Shown: positions 16,454-24,649 of the stretch, piece after piece | How positions within the stretch are numbered: position 1 is the stretch's first letter | How the letters are laid out: each line of letters begins with the position of its first letter | Program-made: the position numbers and the translations under genes | From: Dehalococcoidia bacterium | Lineage (GTDB): Bacteria; Chloroflexota; Dehalococcoidia; DSTF01; RBG-16-68-14 | Assembly: GCA_040882355.1 (NCBI GenBank) | Contig: JBBEBM010000027.1 | Location: forward strand, 1 to 34,287 | Direction: 5' to 3' | DNA: 34,287 nt | Notes under the pieces: model-generated | Databases searched by the model: none | Seen by the model: the letters and a program-made list of their open reading frames with translations, nothing else | What the model was told of the DNA's origin: nothing

Positions 16454-17170
16454 CTACCCAGGCGCCTCCGCCGGCTGGTCCATGCTGGTCTCGGTGAAGT
16501 AGGTGAGGTTGCGCTCCAGCAGGCCGTGGTGGGCGTGGAAGCGGCCCGCATGTAGCTCTGCCAGCAGCTCGTCCTGCGACTGGCAGTCGTGCTCGAAGAC
16601 GGTGCAGTAGAAGCCGATGCCCTGCGTCGAGTGGGCGTCGCTGCCGCCGGTGCCGGGCTTGCCCAGCGTCTGCGCGACCCGCAGCGCGAAGACGTTCTCG
16701 CGGACGGTGTTCGCGCCGTTGGCCACCTCGATCGCGTTCACGAACTGGAAGACGGGGAGCTTCGCCGCCTGCTCGGGCGTCATCGTGAAGGGCTCCTTGC
16801 CCTGGCGCCGGAAGTAGACCGGGTCGAAGTAGTGGCGGAACGGATGCGCGACGATGAGGAAGGCTCCGTGCTCGTCGGCGACCTTTCGCAGCGTCTGCAG
16901 ATGTCGGATGCCCCCAACGTACTCTCGCAGGCCGAGCGCGAGGATGTGCCCCATATCGGTCGAGACCTCCATGCCATTCGCCACCAGCAGATCGCTGTTT
17001 TCCTTGCGATACGCCTCAAGCGTGAACCGCTCCCAGAGGCGGTCGTGCTCGCTGATGTGGACGGCGGTCAGGCCGCGCCGCCGCGCTTCTACTGCCAGGT
17101 CGTCGGGGCTGAGGCCGCTGTCTGAAGCACCTCGCGTCGTGTGGAGGTGCATATCGATGATCGTGCCCAT
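16454..17170 (-). CDS. PHP domain protein (metal-dependent phosphoesterase)
   Basis: DMHLHT, SEHD, GMEVS, GHIL, AHP, IEVANG, GGSDAH; TATACT 6 nt before ATG 17170 (leaderless-like). Confidence 0.88.
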   Translation of the reverse strand: MGTIIDMHLHTTRGASDSGLSPDDLAVEARRRGLTAVHISEHDRLWERFTLEAYRKENSDLLVANGMEVSTDMGHILALGLREYVGGIRHLQTLRKVADEHGAFLIVAHPFRHYFDPVYFRRQGKEPFTMTPEQAAKLPVFQFVNAIEVANGANTVRENVFALRVAQTLGKPGTGGSDAHSTQGIGFYCTVFEHDCQSQDELLAELHAGRFHAHHGLLERNLTYFTETSMDQPAEAPG

Positions 17171-17195
17171 CAAGGCAGTATACCAGCCGTCCTGC

Positions 17196-17627
17196 TTACT
17201 CCCCGTTCGGGCCCAGCAGCGACAGCCAGGGCATGATCCAGCCGAACGTCACGACGAACACGAGCCCGCCCGCCAGCAGCGGCGCTCGCAGGCGCGGCGC
17301 CGCGACCGCGAGCGGGCCAACGGCGATCGCCGCGAGCGCGAGGATGAAGGCGGTGAACACGCGATTCGGGCTGCCCAGCCCGCCGGCCGGACTGCGGCCC
17401 TCGATACCGAGCAGGATCATGCCGAGCACCAAGCCAATGGCGGTCAAGCCGAGGAACGCGAAGCCGTGCAGGACCATCGACACGGCAGCGAGCGACGTGC
17501 CTTCGGGCACGACCTGGCGCAACGTCGGGCTGCTCACGCGCGCTCGCACGAGGGCGATCGCGGCGATCGGTGTAGCGACGATCGCCAGCGCAAACCCGCA
17601 GACGAACCCTGCGAAGGCCTCAGCCAT
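17196..17627 (-). CDS. Hypothetical integral membrane protein (about 4 TM)
   Basis: Four hydrophobic segments; starts 3 nt after the ispE stop. Confidence 0.7.
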   Translation of the reverse strand: MAEAFAGFVCGFALAIVATPIAAIALVRARVSSPTLRQVVPEGTSLAAVSMVLHGFAFLGLTAIGLVLGMILLGIEGRSPAGGLGSPNRVFTAFILALAAIAVGPLAVAAPRLRAPLLAGGLVFVVTFGWIMPWLSLLGPNGE

Positions 17628-17630
17628 GTG

Positions 17631-18545
17631 TCACGCGTTTCGGACTGCGATCTCGCCGGCCCGCAACGTCGTCGCGAGCGACGCAGAGCCGTAGACGCTC
17701 GCGACCGCGTGCCAGACCTCACGGGTCTTCTCGGCGTCATTCACATCCACGAGGACGAAGACGGCTGGTCCACTGCCGCACAGATGCGGCCGGCCTACAC
17801 CGAGTTCACACGCCCTGCGGAACAGTTCGGCAGATTTCGGATCGACCTTCGTCAGCACGCCTTCGAAGATGTTGTACAGATCTTCGTCCCGCACCGGCTC
17901 GGCCGTCCGCAAGCGCCCGGCCAGCCGATCTGTCGCGGCGCCATCGCTGTAGTGCTCCGGGCGCAGCGCGGCGTACATGCGCGCGGTCTTGTCGGGCGCC
18001 GGGGCACGCCCCTTCGGCCAGGCGAGCACGAGGTGGCGCTGCGGCGCGTCCGGCAGAGGCTCGACAAGTTCGCCGCGGCCGGTCGCCAGCGCCGTGCCCC
18101 CACGCAGGAAAAACGGCACGTCGGATCCGAGCTCCGCCGCGATCGACGACAGCTCCTCGGCGGACAGGGACAGCGCCCACAGGTCGCGCAGGCCCCTGAG
18201 GACGCTCGCCGCGTCGCTGCTGCCGCCGCCCAGTCCTGTCGCGATCGGAATATTCTTGTGCAGCCGGACCTCGGCGCCGCGGTCGTACGCGGCTCGCTCG
18301 CGAAGTAACGCGGCGGCGCGGTACGCGAGGTTTCGGTCGGGCGATTCCTGCGCATGCTTGCGGAAGCCTGGCGTCGCGCCGCGAACCGATAGAGAGATCT
18401 CATCTGCGGTTGTCAGCGTGATAGTGTCGTACACGTTGATCGCCTGCAGGATTGTGCGCACCTCGTGATAGCCGTCCGGGCGCTTGCCCAGCACCTCCAG
18501 CGTCCAGTTGATCTTCGCCGGCGCAGTGAGCGTGAGGCGCTTCAT
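17631..18545 (-). CDS. ispE: 4-(cytidine 5'-diphospho)-2-C-methyl-D-erythritol kinase
   Basis: APAKINWTLEVLGKRPDGYHE, KNIPIATGLGGGSSDAA, LGSDVPFF, GRGE, GSGPAVF; true start ATG 18545 overlaps the rsmA stop. Confidence 0.94.
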   Translation of the reverse strand: MKRLTLTAPAKINWTLEVLGKRPDGYHEVRTILQAINVYDTITLTTADEISLSVRGATPGFRKHAQESPDRNLAYRAAALLRERAAYDRGAEVRLHKNIPIATGLGGGSSDAASVLRGLRDLWALSLSAEELSSIAAELGSDVPFFLRGGTALATGRGELVEPLPDAPQRHLVLAWPKGRAPAPDKTARMYAALRPEHYSDGAATDRLAGRLRTAEPVRDEDLYNIFEGVLTKVDPKSAELFRRACELGVGRPHLCGSGPAVFVLVDVNDAEKTREVWHAVASVYGSASLATTLRAGEIAVRNA

Positions 18546-19486
18546 CGTTCGCCTTCCGGGCGGCCCGCCGCGACCCATGCGCGCGTCAGCGATGCCCACT
18601 GCTCCAGTGAGAGCGCCTGCGCACGGAGCGTAGCGTCGATATCCGCGGTCGCGAGGAGATCGGTCGCGATCGACGGGCCGACAGCCAGGCCGTGCGCGAG
18701 GGCGTTGCGGAGCTGCTTGCGCTTCGTCCCGAAGCCCGCCCGCACGACACGGAAGAACGCGTCGATGTCGTCGACCGGTGCACGCAGGCGCGGCGCGACA
18801 TCGATGCGCACGACGGCTGATCGCACCTTGGGGGGCGGGTAGAACGCGGACGGCGGGACGCGAAAGAGCAGGCGCGGGTCGCCGTAGAGCTGCACCGACA
18901 CGCTGAGCAAGCTCATGTCGCCGGGCTGGGCGACAATGCTCTCCGCCACCTCCGCCTGCACCATCACGACGAGGCGTTCCGGCGCAGGCGTCGCCTCCAG
19001 GAAGTGACGCAGCAGCGGCTGGGCGACGTAGTACGGCAGGTTGCCGGCAACCACATACGGCGGCTCCGCGCCCGCCTGCGACAACGCCTCCGCAGGATCG
19101 AGCGCGAGCGCGTCGCCCTGGATCACGGCGACGTTCGTGTTTGCGAACCGCCGTCGCAAGTATTCGACGAGGGTCTCGTCCAGCTCTACCGCGATGACGC
19201 GGCCCGCATGGGCGCTCAGCGCCGCCGTCAGCCCGCCCAGGCCGGCGCCGACCTCGATCACGGTCGCGTCCGGCGCCAGCTCGCACGCCTCAGCGATGCG
19301 GCGCAAGACTCGCGACGACGTCACGAAGTGCTGGCCGAGCGCCTTCCGCGCCGAGAGGCCCGCCTCGCGCAGCTCGGGTGGTGGCGATGGGCGGTGGGGT
19401 CTCCGTCGGGCGCTCGACGCGCGGGGTCGCGACCCTTGAGTGAAGGGGCTTGGCTTGGAGCTAGGGTCCGAGGATGTAGATGTCAA
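18542..19486 (-). CDS. rsmA: 16S rRNA m6,2A dimethyltransferase RsmA/KsgA
   Basis: KALGQHF, IEVGAGLGGLT, VELD, GDAL, GNLPYY, MVQAEVA, FYPPPKVRSAVV, KRKQLRN; TTG start uncertain. Confidence 0.94.
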   Translation of the reverse strand: MTSTSSDPSSKPSPFTQGSRPRASSARRRPHRPSPPPELREAGLSARKALGQHFVTSSRVLRRIAEACELAPDATVIEVGAGLGGLTAALSAHAGRVIAVELDETLVEYLRRRFANTNVAVIQGDALALDPAEALSQAGAEPPYVVAGNLPYYVAQPLLRHFLEATPAPERLVVMVQAEVAESIVAQPGDMSLLSVSVQLYGDPRLLFRVPPSAFYPPPKVRSAVVRIDVAPRLRAPVDDIDAFFRVVRAGFGTKRKQLRNALAHGLAVGPSIATDLLATADIDATLRAQALSLEQWASLTRAWVAAGRPEGER

Positions 19487-21020
19487 CCCAGCGCGAGGTC
19501 CAGTTGGGTATAACGCCGTCCGGATAACCCAAGTCTATCACGTTGCCCCGGATCGCGCCGCCGGTGTCCGCTGCCGTGCCGTTGCCGTACCCCGGCACGT
19601 ACATGTGCGTGCCGAGCGGGATCACGCTCGGGTCGACGGCGACGACGCCCCGGTCGACGCGCACGCCCGTCGCGGTGATGCCGTACGCCGGGTCGGAGGG
19701 CGAGCGGCCGGAGCTCGCGGCGTTGTACCAGGTGGCGTACACGCGCACGACGCGCACAACGTGCAGGCCGTCGGGCACCTCCAGCGGGACGGACGGCGCG
19801 ACCGGCGGCGCGCTGGCCGTCGAGTAGTAGATGACGGTGTCGGCCGGCTGCGGGTCGGACCACTCAGTAACGAGCTCCCGCGAGATGAGCTGTCCGTCCT
19901 CATAGACCGCGCGGAACTGGCGGTGGTGGATGCCGTCGTGTCCCTGGACGACGCGACGCTGGCCGTAAGGCAAGCTGGAGTCGGGCTGGTACAGCGTGCG
20001 GCTCTCGATGCGTTCCTCCTCGATCTGCTGCTCGTTGGAGACGCCGATTACGTGGATGGTAAGGCCGGCGCTTATCGGCGTCACGGCCGGCGGATCGAGG
20101 CGGTACTGCGCAGGCAGATCGACGGCGCCCCCTGCGAGCGCTTCGTCGATAGTCGATGCGAGCGTGTAGAGGATCGTCTTGCCGGCGGGCATGGTGACGA
20201 CGATCTGCGTCGCGTGTTGCACCTGGACCGTGACGCCGGCGCTCAGCTCCGTGTCGAGCGACGGCAGGACGTCATCGCCCGGGCCCAAGCGCACCCCCAC
20301 ATCGCGCAGGGCCGTGGCGACCGTCTCCCGGCTGGACTGCAGCTCAAGCTGCTGGCCGTCTTCGAAGACCGTGAAGGGCACCGCCCGCCGCACCTCGAGC
20401 GCCACCGGCTCGCTCGAGGCCGTTCCCCCAACCACGGGCACCGAGCCCGGGCGCAGTACGCTCGCCAGCGACGGGGCTGGCGCGACGGGCTCGTTGGGGG
20501 AGACGAGGCGGTCGTTGCGAAGGACGCTGTCCTGCGGCGCAAGCTGCACCTGCGCCTGAGCAAGCAGCGTCTCGATCGATTCGTCCTGCGAGCGCAACGC
20601 ATACGCGCGGCCATCGACCTCCAGCACGGCCTCGGTCGCTCGTTTGACGGCGAGCGCGCCGTCTCCGGCCGCCTCCACTTCGTCGCCCGGTTCGAGATCG
20701 ATGCCCGCCTGTTCGACGAGCACGTTCTCGTCGGAGGCGCGGCTGTTCACCGTCGTAACCTCGCCATCGACGATGATCGGTACGGTGCGCGGGCGGAGGA
20801 GGATGAGGGTGAGGAAGGCGATGAGCAGAATCGCGAGGGTGCCTGCGGCCTGGAGGCGGAAGCGGCGGCCGGCCAGCGTGTGCAAGAGCCGCGCCGCTCC
20901 GTCCCCGGTGGAGAGCGGGCCGCGCGCCCTCACGCGCTGGGGATGGGGTGGATGGTCCGCGGCCGGTCGGTGAGTCTCCTCAGGGCGTACGCCCTCACTG
21001 ACCTTGTCGCGTCGCGGCAA
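19461..21020 (-). CDS. YabE/SpsB-like cell-wall protein: TM anchor, DUF348 ubiquitin-like repeats, G5 domain, 3D lytic-transglycosylase-like domain
   Basis: TM helix; repeats like TVATALRDVGVRLGPGDDVLPSL; G5-like DSSLPYGQRRVVQ.GHDG; 3D motif ATWY...TATG...VAVDPSVIPLGT...AADTGGAIRGNVID; AGGAGG SD 7 nt before TTG 21020; upstream of rsmA as in Firmicutes. Confidence 0.85.
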   Translation of the reverse strand: MPRRDKVSEGVRPEETHRPAADHPPHPQRVRARGPLSTGDGAARLLHTLAGRRFRLQAAGTLAILLIAFLTLILLRPRTVPIIVDGEVTTVNSRASDENVLVEQAGIDLEPGDEVEAAGDGALAVKRATEAVLEVDGRAYALRSQDESIETLLAQAQVQLAPQDSVLRNDRLVSPNEPVAPAPSLASVLRPGSVPVVGGTASSEPVALEVRRAVPFTVFEDGQQLELQSSRETVATALRDVGVRLGPGDDVLPSLDTELSAGVTVQVQHATQIVVTMPAGKTILYTLASTIDEALAGGAVDLPAQYRLDPPAVTPISAGLTIHVIGVSNEQQIEEERIESRTLYQPDSSLPYGQRRVVQGHDGIHHRQFRAVYEDGQLISRELVTEWSDPQPADTVIYYSTASAPPVAPSVPLEVPDGLHVVRVVRVYATWYNAASSGRSPSDPAYGITATGVRVDRGVVAVDPSVIPLGTHMYVPGYGNGTAADTGGAIRGNVIDLGYPDGVIPNWTSRWVDIYILGP

Positions 21021-21084
21021 TAGGCTTCCTCCTGATGCCTGGCGTTCCCGCATCCCGGCGGGAACCGGTTACCGGTGCTTCTAA

Positions 21085-21357
21085 GCGGCCGTGCACCCAC
21101 TGTCGATCTCGGTCGCGAGCTTTCCCGACGCTAGGCGAGCTCCCGTCCGGTGACCCTGCGGCACCCGACAGCTACTGCTTACCGCTGCTTCCTTCCGGAC
21201 CTGACGGGGTTCACAGCGCGTCGCCGCGCAGGACCAGACGTTCATCGCTGCCAGACGCGGGCAGTCCTCACGGCACAAGACCTCGAGCGGGAATTCAGCC
21301 CCGCTAGAGCGGCTTGCGGGTACAGGGCACCGCTAGCTCCCCGCCTAGCACGACCGC
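21085..21357 (-). ncRNA. ffs: Signal recognition particle RNA, large bacterial type (Alu + S domain)
   Basis: Minus strand GCGGTCGTGCTAGGCGGGGAGCTAGCGGTGCCCTGTACCCGCAAGCCGCTCTAGCGGGG...GTCAGGTCCGGAAGGAAGCAGC...GTGCACGGCCGC; the ends pair and the helix-8 motif is intact. Confidence 0.95.
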
Positions 21358-21362
21358 GCTCC

Positions 21363-21391
21363 ATGCTACCGTCGCGCTGCCGCGCGGTCAA
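21363..21391 (-). promoter_or_regulatory. Sigma70 promoter of the SRP RNA
   Basis: TTGACC (21391-21386)-17 nt-TAGCAT (21368-21363), 5 nt before the RNA 5' end. Confidence 0.7.
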
Positions 21392-21420
21392 GATATGGCG
21401 GCTGGAGCGCGGTGCGTCCG

Positions 21421-22281
21421 CTACTCCTCCATGTCATCTTCGGCCGCTTCCTCCGCCGCGGCGGCGTCGTAGAGGCGAACATCGCCTTCCTGGACCTCTG
21501 TCTCGTTCTCCCACGCGTCCTTGCCGCGACCGTTGCTCAGCACTTCCGCTTCGTCACCCTCATCAGTCTCCTCGCCATCATCGGATGAGGTTCCATATCG
21601 CAGCAGGCTGCCTTTGGTGTACGGGCGCGTTCCTTCGCCCGTGGTCGCGGCGGGGAAGGAGGGGCGCCCGATCTGGCTGGGATCCTGATGCGTCTCCTTG
21701 ATGATGATCCGGCACTGGTCGGCGCTCAGGCTCGTGACGGCGGCCGTGTACTCGTTTCCGCCGTCCATCAGCTTGACCAGGCGCAGCCCCAGCTTCGGCT
21801 CTACCGTCCCGACGAACTCGCCGCCTGGTGTCTGGATACTGAGCGCCTTGCCATCGGGGCGCATCTCCAGCTTATCGCCGGCGGTGAGCCGGGCGAACGC
21901 CCCGGCCGGCGTGCCCAGCAGCACGGTGACGGCGCTCTTGCCCATCTCCTCGATGAACAGCGTGGGGTCAACCTGGCTGGTCTCACTCTGGGCGCCGCCC
22001 GCCTTGGCCAAGACGGCGATGCGGTCCAGATTTTTTCGCGCGATCTGGTTCGTCGTGTCCAGGTCCAGGGCCTTCTTGTAGGCCTTCTTCGCTTCGTTGT
22101 AGCGGCCGAGCTCCATGAACGCCTTGCCCAGCCGGTTGTAGGAATCGACGTCGTCTGGGAAGAGGCTGATGATCGATTTGTTGACTTCGGCCGCCTCCTC
22201 CCACCGGCTGGACAGCGCGAGCTGGATCGCTTTGGCGGCCTGCCTTCGCCTGACTTGAGTGCTCTCTTCTTCCTGGTACAT
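21421..22281 (-). CDS. TPR-repeat protein with HIRAN-like middle domain and acidic tail
   Basis: WEEAAEVNKSII...DSYNRLGKAFMELGRYNEAKKAYKKALDLD (TPR); LTAGDKLEM...ALSIQTPGGEFVGTVE...LVKLMDGG; Asp/Glu tail; AGGTGAGG SD before ATG 22281. Confidence 0.8.
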   Translation of the reverse strand: MYQEEESTQVRRRQAAKAIQLALSSRWEEAAEVNKSIISLFPDDVDSYNRLGKAFMELGRYNEAKKAYKKALDLDTTNQIARKNLDRIAVLAKAGGAQSETSQVDPTLFIEEMGKSAVTVLLGTPAGAFARLTAGDKLEMRPDGKALSIQTPGGEFVGTVEPKLGLRLVKLMDGGNEYTAAVTSLSADQCRIIIKETHQDPSQIGRPSFPAATTGEGTRPYTKGSLLRYGTSSDDGEETDEGDEAEVLSNGRGKDAWENETEVQEGDVRLYDAAAAEEAAEDDMEE

Positions 22282-22319
22282 CGCCCTCACCTGAATGCCT
22301 TCCCTAGCTCGTTCGACGG

Positions 22320-22348
22320 ATTGTAGCGCCAGCATTTGGGGCATGCAA
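22320..22348 (-). promoter_or_regulatory. Sigma70 promoter for the TPR gene
   Basis: TTGCAT (22348-22343)-17 nt-TACAAT (22325-22320). Confidence 0.6.
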
Positions 22349-22472
22349 GGCGCAGAGTTCTAAATATCTGTGAAACCTTGCCTCTACAACTTGTCGGCGC
22401 GCGCCGGGCGGAATTGAGTGTTTGAAAAGCTCTCGAAGAGACCCGCCTTCTGTAGCAAACCGAGGGTATGAC

Positions 22473-22550
22473 TGGTCGGGGTGGGCAGATTTGAACTGCC
22501 GGCCTCACGGTCCCGAACCGTGCGCTCTAGCCTGGCTGAGCTACACCCCG
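22473..22550 (-). tRNA. tRNA-Pro (anticodon CGG), CCA encoded
   Basis: CGGGGTGTAGCTCAGCCAGGCTAGAGCGCACGGTTCGGGACCGTGAGGCCGGCAGTTCAAATCTGCCCACCCCGACCA; anticodon arm CACGG-TTCGGGA-CCGTG; T-loop TTCAAAT. Confidence 0.97.
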
Positions 22551-22604
22551 ACGGATAAGCTGTCTCATCGTAACAGACCGCCCGCCGGCCTGTCGAGACG
22601 ACCC

Positions 22605-23258
22605 CTACGACTGTGCCAAGAGTGTCAGGGGGAACTGCTCCAGGCTATCGAGCACCAGGTCCGCTGCATCGAGGGGAGGCAGGGCGGTGCTCGACGCCCG
22701 CACCTGGATGGCGTGCATACCGGCCGCCTGCGCTGACGCTATGCCGGGCGCGGTGTCCTCGATCGCGACGCAGCGCTCAGGCTCGACACCCAGCAGCCCG
22801 GCGGCCTTCATGTAGATGTCGGGCGCCGGCTTCTCGTGCGCGACTTCATCACCGGTCGCCGAGTTGTGGAACCGTCCAGCGAGCCCGCAGCTTGTTAGCA
22901 CGATCTCCGCCCACGGACGCCAGGAAGACGTTGCAAGCGCGACGGGCACCTCGCGCCGCGAAAGCTCATCGAGCAGCCAAACGACGCCCGGCAGAGGCGG
23001 GCGCGGCTTCGCCAGCTCGGCGCGGAGCACGACGCCGTAGCGCCGCAGGTAGGTCTTTGGCTCACCAGCCAGTCCGAGCATGTCGATCAGGCTCTGCCAG
23101 GTGACCTCGACGCTGGTACCAAGCAGCACCTGGTAGCGCTCCCACTCGATCCGCGTGCCTTCCTCGGCCAGGACAGCGTTGGCGGCGTCGAAGAACGCGG
23201 GCTCGGTATCGACGAGCACGCCGTCCATGTCGAAGACGACCGCGCGATATCCACTCAT
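22605..23258 (-). CDS. HAD-superfamily phosphatase (subfamily IA, beta-PGM-like)
   Basis: FDMDGVLVDT, ATSS, KPAPDIY, IEDTAPG. Confidence 0.92.
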   Translation of the reverse strand: MSGYRAVVFDMDGVLVDTEPAFFDAANAVLAEEGTRIEWERYQVLLGTSVEVTWQSLIDMLGLAGEPKTYLRRYGVVLRAELAKPRPPLPGVVWLLDELSRREVPVALATSSWRPWAEIVLTSCGLAGRFHNSATGDEVAHEKPAPDIYMKAAGLLGVEPERCVAIEDTAPGIASAQAAGMHAIQVRASSTALPPLDAADLVLDSLEQFPLTLLAQS

Positions 23259-23947
23259 CGCGCGCTCCGCAGCGGGTAGGTCGCCAGCGTGTCGAACTCC
23301 GGCGTCTCTTCGGAGAGCCAGGCCTTGATGAACTCGAGGCGTCCGACGGTGAAGGCCGGCCCGGGCCCTTCGGCTCGCAGCGACGCGAGCGTCTCCTTGA
23401 GCTGTGTCAGGCCCTCGCTGGACGTGAATCGCGCGATGCTGACGTGGGGCAGGAAGGGCGCGTCATCGACCGGCAGGCGCGGAACGTCCGCCGCCTCGCG
23501 CACCGCGACGTTCAGTGCGCCGCAGCGACCGCGATCCAGCACTTCGACGAAGACGACCTCGGCGAAGGCGTTCGCCAGGCCGACCTGCGCCTCGAACGCC
23601 TCGTGTCGCGTGAGCAGCGCCCGCGCCTCGCTTGCGATACGCGGCACGTCCTGGCGAAGCACGTCATCGGGCTGGGTGCGCTTGATCACCTGGAACCCGA
23701 TGCCCTTCACCGTGATGTGCCAGTACCAGTCCGGGTAGGGCTCGACACCGGCGACCGTCGCGAGGCGGGCGGCGATGCGCGAGAGGTGGTCGCGCACGGC
23801 TGCGTCCTCGATGCGCACGAGGAAGGCGAGGAACTGGGCGCGCCCGCGCGACCACTCCCACTCCAGCGTATCGCCGACGAGCCGCAGCGAGGCGCGCGCC
23901 TGAAAGCGCGTCCAGGCGTCCTCGAAGGAGGAAGCGAGATCAGACAT
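23255..23947 (-). CDS. 2H phosphoesterase (2'-5' RNA ligase family)
   Basis: Two HxT/S motifs, WHITV and PHVSIAR; ATGA overlap with the HAD gene. Confidence 0.8.
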   Translation of the reverse strand: MSDLASSFEDAWTRFQARASLRLVGDTLEWEWSRGRAQFLAFLVRIEDAAVRDHLSRIAARLATVAGVEPYPDWYWHITVKGIGFQVIKRTQPDDVLRQDVPRIASEARALLTRHEAFEAQVGLANAFAEVVFVEVLDRGRCGALNVAVREAADVPRLPVDDAPFLPHVSIARFTSSEGLTQLKETLASLRAEGPGPAFTVGRLEFIKAWLSEETPEFDTLATYPLRSAR

Positions 23948-23992
23948 CGTGAAGGGGATGATCTGGCGCGAGACGCCGCACGGTTCGGGTGG

Positions 23993-24466
23993 CTAGCTGA
24001 TCTTCGAGATGGTGAAGCGCATGATGCCCTTGGGGGCGCTCACCTGCACCTCGTCGCCGACGCGCTTGCCGAGCAACGCCCGTCCGACCGGCGACTCGTT
24101 GCTGATCTTGCCCGCCTTGGGGTCCGCCTCAGGCGCGCCCACGATTGTGAACTTCTGCGTCTTGCCCTCACCGCCGACGACCGAGACATCGGAGCCGATC
24201 TGCACGCGATTGGCGTGGTGCGCCAATTCTTCGTCGATGATCGTGGCGCTCTGGATCAGCTTCTCAAGCGTGAGGATGCGACCTTCGACGAACGCCTGTT
24301 CGTTCTTGGCGTCGTCGTACTCCGCGTTGTTCTGGGTACTGGCCAGCTCCTTCGATTCGCGGATGCGCTCCGCCACCTGGGGCCGGCGGACGGTTTTCAG
24401 GTGCTCGAGCTCGTGCTCCAGCTTCGCCAGCCCTTCCTGGGTGAGGAGAACCTGCTGCTCAGGCAT
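23993..24466 (-). CDS. greA: Transcription elongation factor GreA
   Basis: LTQEGLAKLEHELEHLK, NAEYDDAKNEQAFVEGRI, IVGAPEADP, ISNESPVGRALLG; AAAGGGGG SD before ATG 24466. Confidence 0.96.
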   Translation of the reverse strand: MPEQQVLLTQEGLAKLEHELEHLKTVRRPQVAERIRESKELASTQNNAEYDDAKNEQAFVEGRILTLEKLIQSATIIDEELAHHANRVQIGSDVSVVGGEGKTQKFTIVGAPEADPKAGKISNESPVGRALLGKRVGDEVQVSAPKGIMRFTISKIS

Positions 24467-24482
24467 GAGTAGGCCCCCTTTC

Positions 24483-24515
24483 AAAAAGAGAGACTGAGGG
24501 AAACGACCCTCAGCC
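24483..24515 (-). terminator. Intrinsic-terminator-like hairpin in the greA 5' leader
   Basis: Minus strand GGCTGAGGG-TCGTTT-CCCTCAGTC followed by TCTCTTTTT, between the promoter and the SD. Confidence 0.6.
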
Positions 24516-24542
24516 GTGGTAATCAGTTGCCGCGTGACCCGT

Positions 24543-24571
24543 AGTATATCCGACGCGGCGAGGGTTGTAAA
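24543..24571 (-). promoter_or_regulatory. Sigma70 promoter for greA
   Basis: TTTACA (24571-24566)-17 nt-TATACT (24548-24543). Confidence 0.65.
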
Positions 24572-24649
24572 GAGGCTGTGATCCGCTCTTGACCGCGCGC
24601 GCCTCCTGTTCGCATAGTGGTGACGGCCCAGCGAGAGGAGGAGAACGGC

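Noticed and set aside
18546..19286. RsmA-IspE fusion or programmed frameshift suggested by ORF 17631..19286
   Set aside because: The extension is an alternative frame of rsmA; ispE has its own ATG overlapping the rsmA stop.
22350..22472. Integration site or ncRNA downstream of tRNA-Pro
   Set aside because: The region is AT-richer with short hairpins, but I found no duplicated tRNA 3' end, no integrase and no recognisable RNA family.
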